A stretch of DNA of 64,000 nucleotides from Octopus vulgaris (Eukaryota): the NCBI GenBank assembly GCA_951406725.2, contig OX597839.1, positions 2,666,001 through 2,730,000 of the forward strand. The letters are read 5' to 3'. A model generated the notes under the pieces. The model did not search any database. It saw nothing but the letters and a program-made list of their open reading frames with translations, and was not told where the DNA came from. The translations under genes and the position numbers were made by a program. The number at the start of each line of letters is the position of its first letter. Positions within the stretch are counted from its first letter, which is position 1. Shown here piece by piece: positions 49,541 through 61,996 of this stretch.

Positions 49541-49541
<1 letters not shown>
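48655..49541 (+). mobile_element. Complete non-autonomous Helitron (~890 bp)
   Basis: A|TC 5' end, CTGG-GAATTA-CCAG subterminal hairpin, CTAG|T 3' end, no TSD. The last ~330 bp are nearly identical (reverse complement) to 25108-25430. Confidence 0.9.
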
Positions 49542-49577
<36 letters not shown>

Positions 49578-49889
49578 GATTAAACCTGAAATCATGTGGT
49601 TGGAAAGTAAACTTAACCACATAACCAAGTCTGCATATGCCACTTGTGTGTATAATGAATTTGTATATATTTGTATGTTTCCTTTTATTGGGTTCAACCT
49701 ATGAACTGTAGTTTTGCTGGGATATGACCTTCAAGGTTTTTTTTTGTCTATCATTTTGAGCGCAGTGCTTGTTCTGGCCAAGTACTGAATTTTATTAGTC
49801 TCTGGAAACTGACCAAGTTATTATTTGATGTATAAATTGACTGACCTTTTTGTTTGGCTGTAAATTTTGGTCTGAAAAATTTGACTTGC

Positions 49890-50296
49890 ATCTTTTACCT
49901 TTCACTTGTTTCAGTCATCAGGCTGTGGCCATACTGGAGTACTGCTTTGAAGAACTTATAGTTGTTTGAATCGACCCTAGTATTCATTCTCTTTTTGTTT
50001 TTGTTTCGAAACCTGGTACTTATTCTATCATATCTTTTGTTGAACTGCTAAGTTACAGGGACATTAACACACCAACATCGGTTGTCAAACGGTGATGGTA
50101 GACAAACACAGACCCCAAATCTCTCTCTCTCACACACACACATACAATTACAGTGGGCTTCTTTTAGTTTCCGTCTACCAAATCCACTCACAAGGCTTTG
50201 GTCGGCCTGAGGCCATAGTAGAAGACACTTTTCCAAGGTGCCACACAGTGGGACTGAACCGAGAACTATATGGTTGGGAAACAAGCTTCTTACCAT
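49890..50296 (-). mobile_element. SINE-A copy
   Basis: Reverse-complement homology. Confidence 0.8.
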
Positions 50297-50858
50297 ATGC
50301 CGAAAAATACTACTAGTACTACTTACTGCTGCTACTACTACTACTGCAATGTTTGATTTGTGAGTCTGCTCCCAACATCTCTCAATGTCTTCATCACACA
50401 GAACTCCTCCTAATACAGTAGTTATTTCTAAGCTGATTCTGCTCTAAGCTCTTCCCTCTCCCCTTAAACTTTTTTTCTTTAAATTATTTTATGCTCCTGT
50501 TCAATTTGATACCAGTCTAACAAAATAAATTTTTAAAAAAGTAGTAAAATAAACCCTCATGAAGTTGAGGGCTATAAAGAACTTGAAGTTATTTATTCAA
50601 TCAACTCTCTGTTTGTCACTTTTTCTTTTTCTATTTCTCTCTCTCTCTATCTCACTCTCTTTCTTTTGCTCTGTATTTCTGTCTGTCTGTCTGTTTCTCT
50701 CTCTTTCTCTCTCTCATTTTTTTCTTTGTCGCTCTCTATTGCTCTTATTCTTTTTCACTCTCTTCATTCTCAATCTCTCTTTCTTACTCAATTTTCTTTC
50801 CTATTTTCTTTTTCTTTCTTTCTTTCCTTCTCTCTCTGCCTCTGTCTGTCTCTCTCTC

Positions 50859-50896
<38 letters not shown>

Positions 50897-51460
50897 TGAA
50901 TGTGTATTATATAAATATAAAAAAAAAGAAGCCTAGCCAGATTATCTGAAATTAATCCTTTGCAATAAAATTGAAAATTGGATCTGCTTCTTCCAGAAAA
51001 CAAACAAAACAAAATAAAACCAAGCCAGAAAAATAAACAAACAAGCGCCCATCCTACCCCCTAAGCCAAACTAAGCCTACATCTATCCCTTCTGGAATTT
51101 CCTTCTATCCCATGTGTTCCCATCAATTACAGAGATCAGCAACACTTCTAAAACTGAAATACTAAACTGCACTAAAATCTAACGCACACATCATGCTCCC
51201 TCCACTGTCCCCTAGCCTTACTAAGGCACCAACCAATCCCCTTCCTATAATTTTTTCACTCCAAAGACACACACACACACATCAGTAGACTGGGTGTAGT
51301 CTTTCCTCTTACTGAAACAGTTATTAGAGAAAAGGCTGTTGTTGATGGTGGTGGGGTTGTTGTTGTAGGTGGTGTTTTGGTGGAAGTGAGAGAAATAAAT
51401 TTCTAACCCTTAATAAGGGATGTTGTTCCTTAGCTGAAACTCCCATTGTACACATAGTGA

Positions 51461-51497
<37 letters not shown>

Positions 51498-51526
51498 GCA
51501 CACATGATGTGTGCATATACATTGTG

Positions 51527-51594
<68 letters not shown>

Positions 51595-52059
51595 TTAAGA
51601 CATAATAAATGCACAAATAGGAAATAGACACAGAAGGTTACCAACCACTCATCAGTTATTGGCCAGAGGGTCAAGCGCAATTTCGCACATTAATGATATA
51701 TATACTATTTTTATTGTTAATCACTTATCAAACGTAAGTACCAATGCATGAAACTCTCGGCCCCTTGAGTCATTCTGTAACCTGCTGATTAATAGATATA
51801 AAAATATATATACTCATATTTTGAGTTCTGTTTTCCTGTTTGTATTGCCAATCCTATATACATACATACATATGTGTGTGTGTGTGTGTGTGTTCAGTTA
51901 TAATAATAACAATTTTACATTAATCTGATGGGTTGGTCTATGCTGTTGTTGAGTTGTCAATCCATTGTTGATGATGGCTTACCTGACCAAAATTTCGAAG
52001 TCACTGTCAACAACATTCTTGTTTAAGAAGAAAAAAATATATATGTATATATGTTTGTT

Positions 52060-52352
52060 CCTTTTCTAGTCATGCCAGGCTCATAAGAGCTGGTTTCCCG
52101 GTTTCCTTGGCATATAAGTTCCCCATCTGGATGGGACGCCGGTCCGCCGCAGGTGAGCTACAAGATGCAGGAGAAAAGAGCGAGAGAAAGTTGTGGCGAA
52201 AGAGTCAGCAGAAGTTCGCCATTACCTTCTGCCGGAGCTGTGTGGAGCTTAGGTGTTTCGCTCATAAACATACACATCGCCCGGTCTGAGATTCGAACCC
52301 ACGATCCCTCGACCGCGAGTGCGCTGCTCTAACCACAAGGCCATGTGCCTCC
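52060..52352 (-). mobile_element. SINE-C-related element with V-domain-like segment
   Basis: tRNA-like head, then CCTGCGGCGGACCGGCGTCCCATCCAG (resembles the V-SINE central domain, from recall); older relatives at 45940-46160, 62215-62390 and 62637-62860. Confidence 0.7.
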
Positions 52353-52958
52353 ACACACAATATATACATATATATATAGGCTTAGTGAATTCATAGCTAA
52401 AATTTTATAAACAAAAAAAATAAAAAGACATCTCAATTAGATCCTGTACACACATACACACACACACACCTCAGCTAAAAATAAACAAAGGTTGAATCAA
52501 GAAGTTTCCACAAGTACTGTAGCATGTTTTGTCAGTCAGCCATTTTGATTGGATGCCATGTATCTCTCGTCATATCATTTGTTATTGCGTGATTTTCCAA
52601 TCTAAATAGCTGACTAGCAAATCAAGTTGCCGCACTAGTTGCTACTTGTATTAAATGGCATTATTTCTGATCTGGTTAACCAAATTAAATTATTCATATT
52701 CTATTTCCTCTATTGAATACTCTTTTTTCAAAAAATTTCTTTTATCTTTTGGCCCTTTTGTTACCATCCCACCCAGGGCCACTCCTAATTCTTTCTATGA
52801 TGTAAGCTTCCTGGTTTAAAACAATCAAAATTAAAACTTCCCATCAAACATTTCAATGTTTGACCTATGTTCTAAACACTAACTTTAATAATGACATAGT
52901 AAATTCTTTATTTTCAAAATTAATTGAAACAAAACTAATGAAGCTCAGCAGAAATATC

Positions 52959-53354
52959 TATTTCTTTACTACCCACAAGGGGCTAAACGCAGAGGGGACA
53001 AACAAGGACAGACAAACAGATTAAGTCGATTACATCGACCCCAGTGCGTAACTGGTACTTATTTAATCGACCCCGAAAGGATGAAAGGCAAAGTCGACCT
53101 TGGTGGATTTGAACTCAGAACGTAGTGGCAGACAAAACACCTATTTCTCTAAACACAGAGGGGACTAAACAAGGACAGACAGATTGTCGATTAGATCGAC
53201 CCCAGTCCGTAACTGGTACTTATTTAATTGACCCCGAAAGGATGAAAGGCAAAGTCGACCTCGGCGGAATTTGAACTCAGAATGTAGCGGCAGACGAAAT
53301 ACCGCTAAGTATTTTGCCAGGTGTGCTAACAATTCTGCCAGTTCGCTTCCTTAT
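52959..53354 (-). mobile_element. SINE-B dimer
   Basis: Two SINE-B units flanked together by the TSD CTCAGCAGAAATATC (52944-52958 / 53355-53369). Confidence 0.85.
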
Positions 53355-53469
53355 CTCAGCAGAAATATCTTCTGTCTCTTATTTTGGTCATTAGAGCGTG
53401 ACTGTGCTTGGGCACTGCCTTGAAGGGTTTTAGTTGAATAGATTGACTCCAGTGCCTAATTTTTTAAAA

Positions 53470-53691
53470 CCCTTTAGTATTTATACTTCTTTGTCAAATG
53501 TACTGCTTGTTTATTCGCATTAGTTTGAATTAATCTTGGATTATCTTGTAGCATTGAGATTTTGATGATGTGATTGTTTATCCTTAGAATGGCATTGTAG
53601 AGTAGGTATGACGTGCCTGATCTGGCTAGTTTGAACATAAAATGGGTAGAATTTTTGGGCCTCATATGGCTGGTTTAGATGCTATAAAGGG
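53470..53691. mobile_element. TTAA MITE inserted in a SINE
   Basis: CCCTTTAG...AAAGGG-TTAA interrupting a minus-strand SINE-A at a TTAA; homologous to 45283-45510. Confidence 0.75.
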
Positions 53692-56059
53692 TTAAGCCTG
53701 GTACTTATTCTATCAATCTTTTGCTGAATTTAAGCTAATTTATGGAGATGTAAGCAAACCAACACTGGTTGTTAAGCCATTGTTGGGGACAAACACACAC
53801 ACATATATGCACATGATGGGCTTCTTTTAGCTCCCATCCACCGTATCATCTCACAATGCTTTGGTCAGCCTGGAGATAAAGTAGAAGACACTTGCTCAAG
53901 GTTCTACACAGTGGGACTGAACCTAAGACTACATAGTTAGGAAGCAAGCTTCTTACCATAAAGCCACCCCTGTAACAAAAGGGTTAAATTGACTGTATAT
54001 TTTGAGTATACATAATTTACTTACATTTCATCCAACTCAAGTTAGCTTTTTTATCGATCTGTTATCAGCATGACTATCTTTTGACTTTCCCCTTTTGATA
54101 TTTTTCCAATTCCCTTTGATATCCCTCAGTTCGCCAAGTTTAACCAGATTCATGTATATCAACAACAGCCTGCATTATTTTATTAATTATTCCATAGACG
54201 ACAATGATGTAGATAAAATTTACTTATGTTCCATTCAGTCCAAGCTATCTTTTTTTTTTATATTTTGTTTTCATTTATTGATATGTATTGATGTGACAAT
54301 CGTTTCATTTATCTGCTATGAGTGTTTTTTTCCCCACTTTTCTCTTTGATATTTCTTCAATTATCCAAACTTAGCCAGATTTCATTATGTTTCAACAATG
54401 GTTTTTCACATATGTTGAATTATTCAACAATCACTATGTGAGTCAAATGAGTTAAGAAGGATTTATTGCATTGATCTCAGGCTACATAGCCTATAATTCT
54501 TCCTATGCTAGTTGATTACATGGACCTCCAATGTTCAACTGGTAGTTATTTTATTCACCTCAAAAGGATGGAAGTAAAATTGACCTCTGCAGAACTAGAA
54601 TTCAGTATGTAAAGAGCTGGAAGAAATGCCACTTAGCATTGTGGCCAAGTGTGCTAACGATTCTGCCAGCTTGCCATCTTAAGATTTGATTCAAAACCTG
54701 TTTAGTTTTTGCATGAACTTAAATTTAATCAGCAATGAATATTCATATATTGAAAGAAATTTATTACACGATCTCCTCTCTCTTTCTCTCTCTTCTCTCC
54801 TGTTTTTTCAACTGAGGTAGCCATGTGTCTCCTCTATAGCAAGACATCTGTCTCTGCCCCTCTATCATACTTTAACATCTCATCACCTGGCACTGAGCCG
54901 TTCCTCTCAGTATTAATCCACACTCAGTTGAAGGGTCCAGTCTTGTGAGTTACCTGGTGACCTCACTGGTGAGGGTGCCACACAAAAAGCACTCAGTACA
55001 CTCTGTAAAGTGTTTGGTATTAGGAAGGGTATCCATCTGCAAAAACCATGCCACAGCTGACAGAGCATTGTATATAGTTCTGCTGGTTCTCCAGCTCCTG
55101 TCATACCATTCAAAACATGCCACAATGGAAATTGGGTGTCAAAATGGTGATGACAATGATGATGGGGATTCATTAGAAATAAAGTAAAATTACACTGGAT
55201 TCTGAATTTCAATATTCTTTAACCTTTTAGCATTCAGAGCCTGTGTGTGTACGTGTGTGTGTGTTTAAATATTTTAATCGAATTTCTAAATTTCTTATGT
55301 TTGTGATCATGTTTGATGTCTTTGTCTGTCTGTCTCTCTCTTCCTGTTTCATGGCCTATGTCTGTCCGTCTGTCTCTCTCTGTTCCTTTCTTTCAGTGTC
55401 TCTATTTGCTTCTCTGTTCCTGTTTCAGTATCACTGTCTATTTCTCTCTCTCTCTTTCATTGTTTCTGTCTGTCTGTCTACCTGCACCTCTCTTTCCCTG
55501 TGTTTTAGTCAGTCTGTCACTCTTTCTGTTCCTCTCTTCCTCCCCCGTTCTCTTTTCTCTACAGTACAGTCTCTGTGTCTGTCTCAGTAGAATAATTGTG
55601 GGTAGGACATTACATTATAAATTAATGACAACCATAAGAAAAATTCAAAATAAAAATGCAAGAAACCAATGGTAACATGTAGAATATATTTAACAAAGTA
55701 TTTTAAATTTCTGTTAAAACAATAAGCAAGAAAGATGTGAAAATAAAACAGTGTAAAGCAGGACCAAATTTGACTCTTTCTTAACCATTTTTTCATATGT
55801 TGTGTAAACAGACTCTTTATTCTCCCTCTTTTTCCTATAGTGAATGTCTCCATCAACCTTATCTAACACGGGTCTCAGTTATTTCCTGAAATATATATAA
55901 ATAAGGGTAAATTATTCTTGTCTTTTTTTTTCGTCTTGAAAAGGAGTGTCCTTAGGAAATGTTATTAAAATCTTTGAAAGGAGAGAGAAAGAGGAAAAAT
56001 GTGAAGCAAACTTCTTAACCACTTAGCCATGCCTACTTCTCCAATAATAAAAAATAATA

Positions 56060-56489
56060 ATGATGATTTCAAATTTTGGTACAATTTTGGGGACTGGGAA
56101 ACTCAATTACATCAACCTCAGTGCTCAACTGATACTTATTATATTGACCCCGAAAGGATGAAAGATAAAGTTGACTTTGGTGCAGTTTGAACTCAGAATA
56201 TCAAGACGGACAAAATGCCACTAAGGATTTTAACCTGGCATGCTAACAATGCAGCCACTTTAGTAGTTGTAATAATAATGATAAAAATAATTCTTTCTAT
56301 TATAGGCACAAGTCCTGAAATTTTTTTGTTGGGGAGAGGGGAAGTCAATTCTATTGACCCCAGTGTTCAACTGGTGCTTATTTTATCAACTTTGAAAGGA
56401 TGGAAGGCAAAGTCAACCTTGTTGGAATTTGAACTCAGAATGTAAAACCAGAAGAAATGCTGCTAAGCACTTTTGTCCAGCATGCTATA

Positions 56490-56521
<32 letters not shown>

Positions 56522-56680
56522 CCATTCTGCTAAAAGAACAAGGCCTGAAATTTTTGGGGAGGGGACTAGTCAATTACATCGACCCTAGTGTTTCACTGGT
56601 GCTTAATTTATTGACCTCGAAAGGATGAAAGGCGAAGTTGACCCCAGCGGAATTTGAACTCAGGATGTAAGGATGGATAA
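56060..56680 (-). mobile_element. Three tandem old SINE-B-related copies separated by (TAA)n
   Basis: Each contains GACCCC..ACTGGT..AAAGGATG..AAAGT..GAATTTGAACTCAG; related copies at 1430-1620, 35004-35405, 38425-38600 and 63261-63470. Confidence 0.75.
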
Positions 56681-57199
56681 TAGTGATGATCTTTATTATT
56701 GCTACAAAGGTGACTGACAGTATACCATCACTGAGACAGATGACTAAAAGTGTGGGGGTACTTTTTCTATTGGTCTCTTTTGCTGAATCGCTAAGTTATA
56801 GGGGTGTAAACACACAAGCAGTGGTCACACACACACACTCTCTCTCTCTCTCTCTCTCTCTCACTCAATGTATTTCTTTCAGTTTCCATCAACCAGATCC
56901 ACTCACAAGGCTTTGGTTGACCCAAGGCTACACTAGAAGACACTGGCTTGAGGTGCCATACAATGGGACTGAACCCAGAACCATGTGGTTGGGAAGCAAG
57001 CTTCTTACCACACAGCCATTTGAAAAGTTTTCTCTTGCTTTTTTTAATTGCAAAGTCTTTGATTAGATCCTCAAAATTAATCTTATGTAACACATCTACT
57101 TCTATACTTAGTTGAGATAAGGCATCCTAAATATTATTTCAGCAAGTTTAAAGTGATTCCTTTTCTGCTGTAAACATTTCTCATGGCCTCAGCTGACAA

Positions 57200-57845
57200 A
57201 ATGGAAATGGTGTTACCCTGGAGGAGGGTGAGGGAGATGTGCTGGAACAACCACTCTGACTCGCAGGGCTCTCAGTTGCAGACAACCATTTCCACTCCAA
57301 TAGCAATTCACAGGCATATGGAAATGGTTCGGTGGGGGGGGAGAGGGAGAGCATTGGAAGTGTCTGCTGCCACAGATTTGACCATAAAACTGTTGGGGTT
57401 ACACTTATAGACAGCCATTTCTGCTCTGATAGCGATGAGCAGGGATATGGTCTCGGGGCCAAGAATGCTGGAGGTCTGTCTCCACTGCCACAGACTTGAC
57501 TATGTACCTATTAGAGTTGCACTTACAGACAGCTATCTTCTGCCCCGATAATGGTGAGCAGGGATATGGTTGTGGGGGCAGGGGGAACAAAAACGCCCAA
57601 AGTCTCCAATGCCACATGCTTGACCATAAACCTGTCTGAGTAGCACTTGTGTACAGCCATCTCTGTCCCGATAGTGGTGAGCTGGGATATGGTCTTGGAG
57701 CCAAGAATGCTGGAAGTCTGCACTGCGACTGGCTTGACCATAAACCTGTTGGGAGTTACACTGGTACCCCGATGATGGTGAGCAGGAGTATGGTCCAAGG
57801 GCCAAAAGCACCAGAGGTCTCCATTGCCACAGGTTCATCCATAAA
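57200..57845. repeat. ~120-bp GC-richer tandem repeat, ~5.5 units
   Basis: GTCT..TGCCACA..TTGACCATAAA anchors at ~57362, 57478, 57602, 57717 and 57817. Confidence 0.8.
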
Positions 57846-60439
57846 CATGTCAGGAAGCAACTGAAACTTTGACAGTTTGCTAAACTCTTTACCATTTTTT
57901 TGTGGTGTCCCACCTCTTCCCTTGATACCCAAAGCATGTGCTTATTTTGTTGAATGGTTAAATCAGTGTTGGTCCAGGGGCTGAGGATAATGATGATGAT
58001 TTGTAAATAAGAAGGGACAATCATAATAATAATTATTAGTCATTTGCTTCATGTTTTTTGTCAGTCTTCAGTATTTTCATTTCATTCCTTTGACGTTTTC
58101 TGGTAATAGAGGAGAGAGAGAGAGAAAGACAACCTTAGCGGCAGTTTTTTTTTTTATCTCTTTCATTCTTTCTTCATTTATCTTTCACTTTTTCTTATTT
58201 TCCTTCATTCTCTGCTCCGTCTTTCTTTCTTACTTTCATTCATTCTCCTCCCTCTGTTTTTCTATTCCTTCTTAACTTTCTTTCATTTTTCTCCTTTTCT
58301 GTATTTGTTACTCTTTTTTCTCATTCTGTTTTCCTTCTTTCTGTCTATATTTCCTTACCATTCCATATTTTTTCATCTGTTTATTCATTTTATTTTATTT
58401 TATTTTACTTATTTATTTATTCTAATCGCTGATTGTCTTTAATTCAGAACTATGTCCTTATGTCGTCTGTAATAGAATTGTGAAATACAACAATAAGCAA
58501 ACACTGCCGCCTCTCCAATTGTCTTTAACTAACTCTACAGAGACAAGAGCAAGTACTTTGTGGTGTAACCTAGTGTTTTGTTGCTGTTGTTGTTGCCATT
58601 GTCATCTTAGTACAATGAATGTGTGATGGTTACTCATCACTGCACACACACACACACACATGCACGCATGCACAAAAAGTTTCCGAGTGGATCTCATTAA
58701 AAATTCTATTGTGACTGAGTACAAGACATGTCATAGTGTCTTTCTTTGTTTCTATGATTTTTATATGTTATTTCAACATATTTTAATTTATTCAGTAGCA
58801 GCGATGTTTGGTTGTCTTTGAAAATCTGTAAAATCATTTTTGTAACTGTAGCCCTGTCTAGCTCTTGTTAATAGGATGCAGGGAGGGGGGGAGGAGTTTG
58901 TTGTTGTCATTTTACATGATATTTCTACCAAAATAAGGTTTTATTTCATCTGTCTTTATATTCTGAGTTCAAATTCCTCCAAGGTTGACTTAGCCTTTTG
59001 TCCTCCCAGGGTCAGTAAAATAAGTATCAGTTGAGTACTTACTCTTTCCTCTGAAATCATGGGCTTCCACACAGTTTTTATCTACAATATTCACTCACAA
59101 GGCATTGGTTAGTCTGCAGCTTTTGTACAAGACACTTTGCCAATGTGCCATGCAGTGGCACTGAACTTGAAACCACGTGGTTGCAAGGTGATCTTCTTAA
59201 CCACATGGCCATGCTTGCAGCTATTTATCTTTTAATTATAATTAAGTTAGAACTAATTACTCTTGTGTTTTAATTTCTGTGAATATAACAGGATTTAGTT
59301 TCGTACACTTTAGTATTTAAATTTCATCAAGGTGCAGGCATGGCTGTATGGTAAAAAGCTTGCTTTCTAACCATAATTCCAGGTTCAGTCCCACTGTGTG
59401 GCACCTTGGGCAAGTGTCTTCTACTATAGCATCAGGCTGAGCAAAGCCTCGTGAGTGAATTTGGTAGCTGGAAACTGAAAGAAGCCTGTCATATATATAT
59501 ATATGTATGTATATATATATATATATATATATATAATGATAACAAATTAATAGATAAAACACATGCATACATACATATATGTACATACCTACATCTATAT
59601 GTATATATACATGCATATATGGGTACAGGACACCAAAAAAACGTAGAACACAACGAGAAACGAAAACATAAAAACTAAAACATGGAAACGGACTTTTTCA
59701 AACAACGAAAAAACAGAGTACAAGACATACAACACAAGGAACATTCCCCTTCCTCAGCTGCCCCTGAATTAGTGGATGGATGAGGGAGAAAGACGAAAAC
59801 AAACAGGATGACATGTGGACATACGAATGAACTGAAATAACAGAATATATACATGATGGGCTTCTTTCAGTTTCTGCCTGCCTGATCCACTCACAAGACT
59901 TTAGTAGATAACACTTGCTCTAAGTGCTATGCAATGGGACTGAACTCAGAACCCTGTGGTTGGGAAGCAAGCTTCTTATGCAGCCATGCCTCAGCTGTTT
60001 TTGCTTTTAGTGTCTGTCTGTGTGTATGTGTAAGGGGTAGAGGTGTTGGTTGTGTATGCATTGATGATAGTGCTGGGTGTGGATGGAGATTGTTGACTAT
60101 ATTATTGTTTGAAACCTAAAATGTTCCTTGTCATCTGACTATCACCTTTAGAGTAGTGGTTGTTCAGCCCCAGGTCAACCATGATCAAGTAGAACTATCA
60201 TCAAAGACATTCTAGTCGTGACCATCTTGACTATTTTTATGATGTGCTGGGAACCCTGTAATCACGTTCAGCATGCTTTTGTGCCATCAACCTCTTTTTT
60301 TTTTAAGAAAGTAGCATGAGATTTGAGGAAACTTAGCTGCTATTTCCAGCAGATTGAGAGACCATATAAAGGTTTTTTTGTTACCATTGTCGGTTAGAAG
60401 GGGCAGTGGTGATGAAGTGAAGCGATATATTTTTTTATT

Positions 60440-61100
60440 TGTGATCATTGTTAAGTCATCATCATAGTCATAGTTGAATTTATCAATCATCATTCTCATC
60501 ACCATTGTCGTCATCATTGCCAGAATTATCAGTCATCGTATCATCATCATTATTGTCATTGTTCTTGTCATCATCATCATCATTATCATTGTCAACATTG
60601 CAGAATTTACCAATATCATCATCATCATCATCAATGCTGTCGTCGCCATGCTATCACTGCCATCATCATCTCTATCATTCATTGTCATTATCATAATCAT
60701 CATAATCGATATCAGTACTGAATTTATTAACTGCCATCTCTACTACCACCACCATCACCACCACCACCATCAGCAGCAGCAGCACCATCATCACTACCAT
60801 CATCATCACAGCTATCATCAATCATCATTAAAAACGCCCTCTCCATCCTTACTACCACCACCACCACTACCTACCATCACCGACATCATTATGGTTATCA
60901 TGTTCATCAACATCAGCAGCATCTTTGTACCAAGTATTTCTGTATCTGACTCTTTGGTTTGGTTGGATGAGTAAGTTTGTGAATGTTTGTTGTGTGGCTG
61001 TTGCTGTCACCACCACCACTACTACTACCACCAGCACCATCACCACCACCTGTACTACTACTACTACTACTACGGCTGCTGCTGCTGCTACTACTACTCA
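60440..61100. repeat. Mosaic trinucleotide tract (CAT/CAC/CAG/TAC/GCT)n
   Basis: Direct inspection. Confidence 0.9.
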
Positions 61101-61649
61101 TTGTATTATCTTCCAAATCCTTGCTGAGTGACAGGACTAAGGGAAAAAAAATCCCAGTAAAACTGTTATCCACCACTCCATCCCCTGATACATTTTCCGG
61201 ACTTGACTCACTGAACAGATAGGGGTGGGGTGGGGGGTGGGGGCCCAAAAACAAAAACAGGTTGAATAAATGTTATTTTTCTTTTACAAACAAAACCTTA
61301 TTGTTTGCATAGCACAATAAAATAAATATCATAAACATATTTGTATTTTTTTCATTATTAATTTCATTTTTTTTTTCGTGTTCATAGATACATATTCAGA
61401 ATTATTCATAGCAACCGTGTAACCCCTAGTTCTCACCGTCTAGGGTCCATCATTATCCATGTATACATTGATTTCTTGGCAGTGGTGTGGTGATGGTACA
61501 GTTGTAGTTGTTGAGTCCAAAGTCTGTCCTGATGGAATAGTCCTAAGATCAAAAAGTGCTCCAATTATGACCCAGTTTTTTTGTTTTTTTTTAAATTTCT
61601 TGTGCTTTAGAAGTTTGCCTCATGTCTGTGTAGTTGTTTTGGGGTTAGC

Positions 61650-61996
61650 TTGACTGTGTAGCACTTTGGGTTTGTGCCTTCTACTATAGTCTTGTCCTAA
61701 CCATAAGGTTGTTTGGGGTCAGTCCCATTGTCTCTTTGGCATGTCCATAAGGCTGTTTGTGGATCCTAGGGTAATTGCCTTCTTGGCATGACTATAATGC
61801 TGTTTTGGTTCAGTCCCACTGTGTGACACTGCGAGTGAGTGCTTTCTACTGTATCCTAGGTAAGTGCCATCCTGGCATGACCATAAGGTTGTTTGGGATT
61901 AGTCCCATTGTGTGACACCAACGGTAAGTGCCATCCTGGCTTGACCATAAGACCCTTTGTGACACCTAGTGTAAGTGCCATCTTGTCTTGACCATC
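61650..61996. repeat. Minisatellite built from SINE-A head fragments
   Basis: Recurring ACCATAAG..GTTT, AGTCCCA(T/C)TG, GTGACAC and GTAAGTGCCATC units. Confidence 0.7.

Larger units (their letters stand above)
52753..53983. mobile_element. Second piggyBac-type MITE, split by nested SINEs
   Basis: 12-bp TIRs CCCTTTTGTTAC (52753-52764) / GTAACAAAAGGG (53972-53983) followed by TTAA; interior interrupted by a SINE-B dimer and SINE-A. Confidence 0.65.

Noticed and set aside
57181-58024. Repeat-protein gene in the 120-bp tandem array
   Set aside because: Unit lengths vary, the similar peptides switch frames, and no known domain is recognisable.
58140-58560. Exon after long pyrimidine tract (TTCAG| at ~58446)
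   Set aside because: The following sequence has no Dvl-like translation and no convincing donor; the tract is ordinary low-complexity DNA.
60474-60974. Hydrophobic poly-Ile/poly-His 166-aa ORF
   Set aside because: Product of (CAT)n/(CAC)n tracts; no supporting splice or domain evidence.
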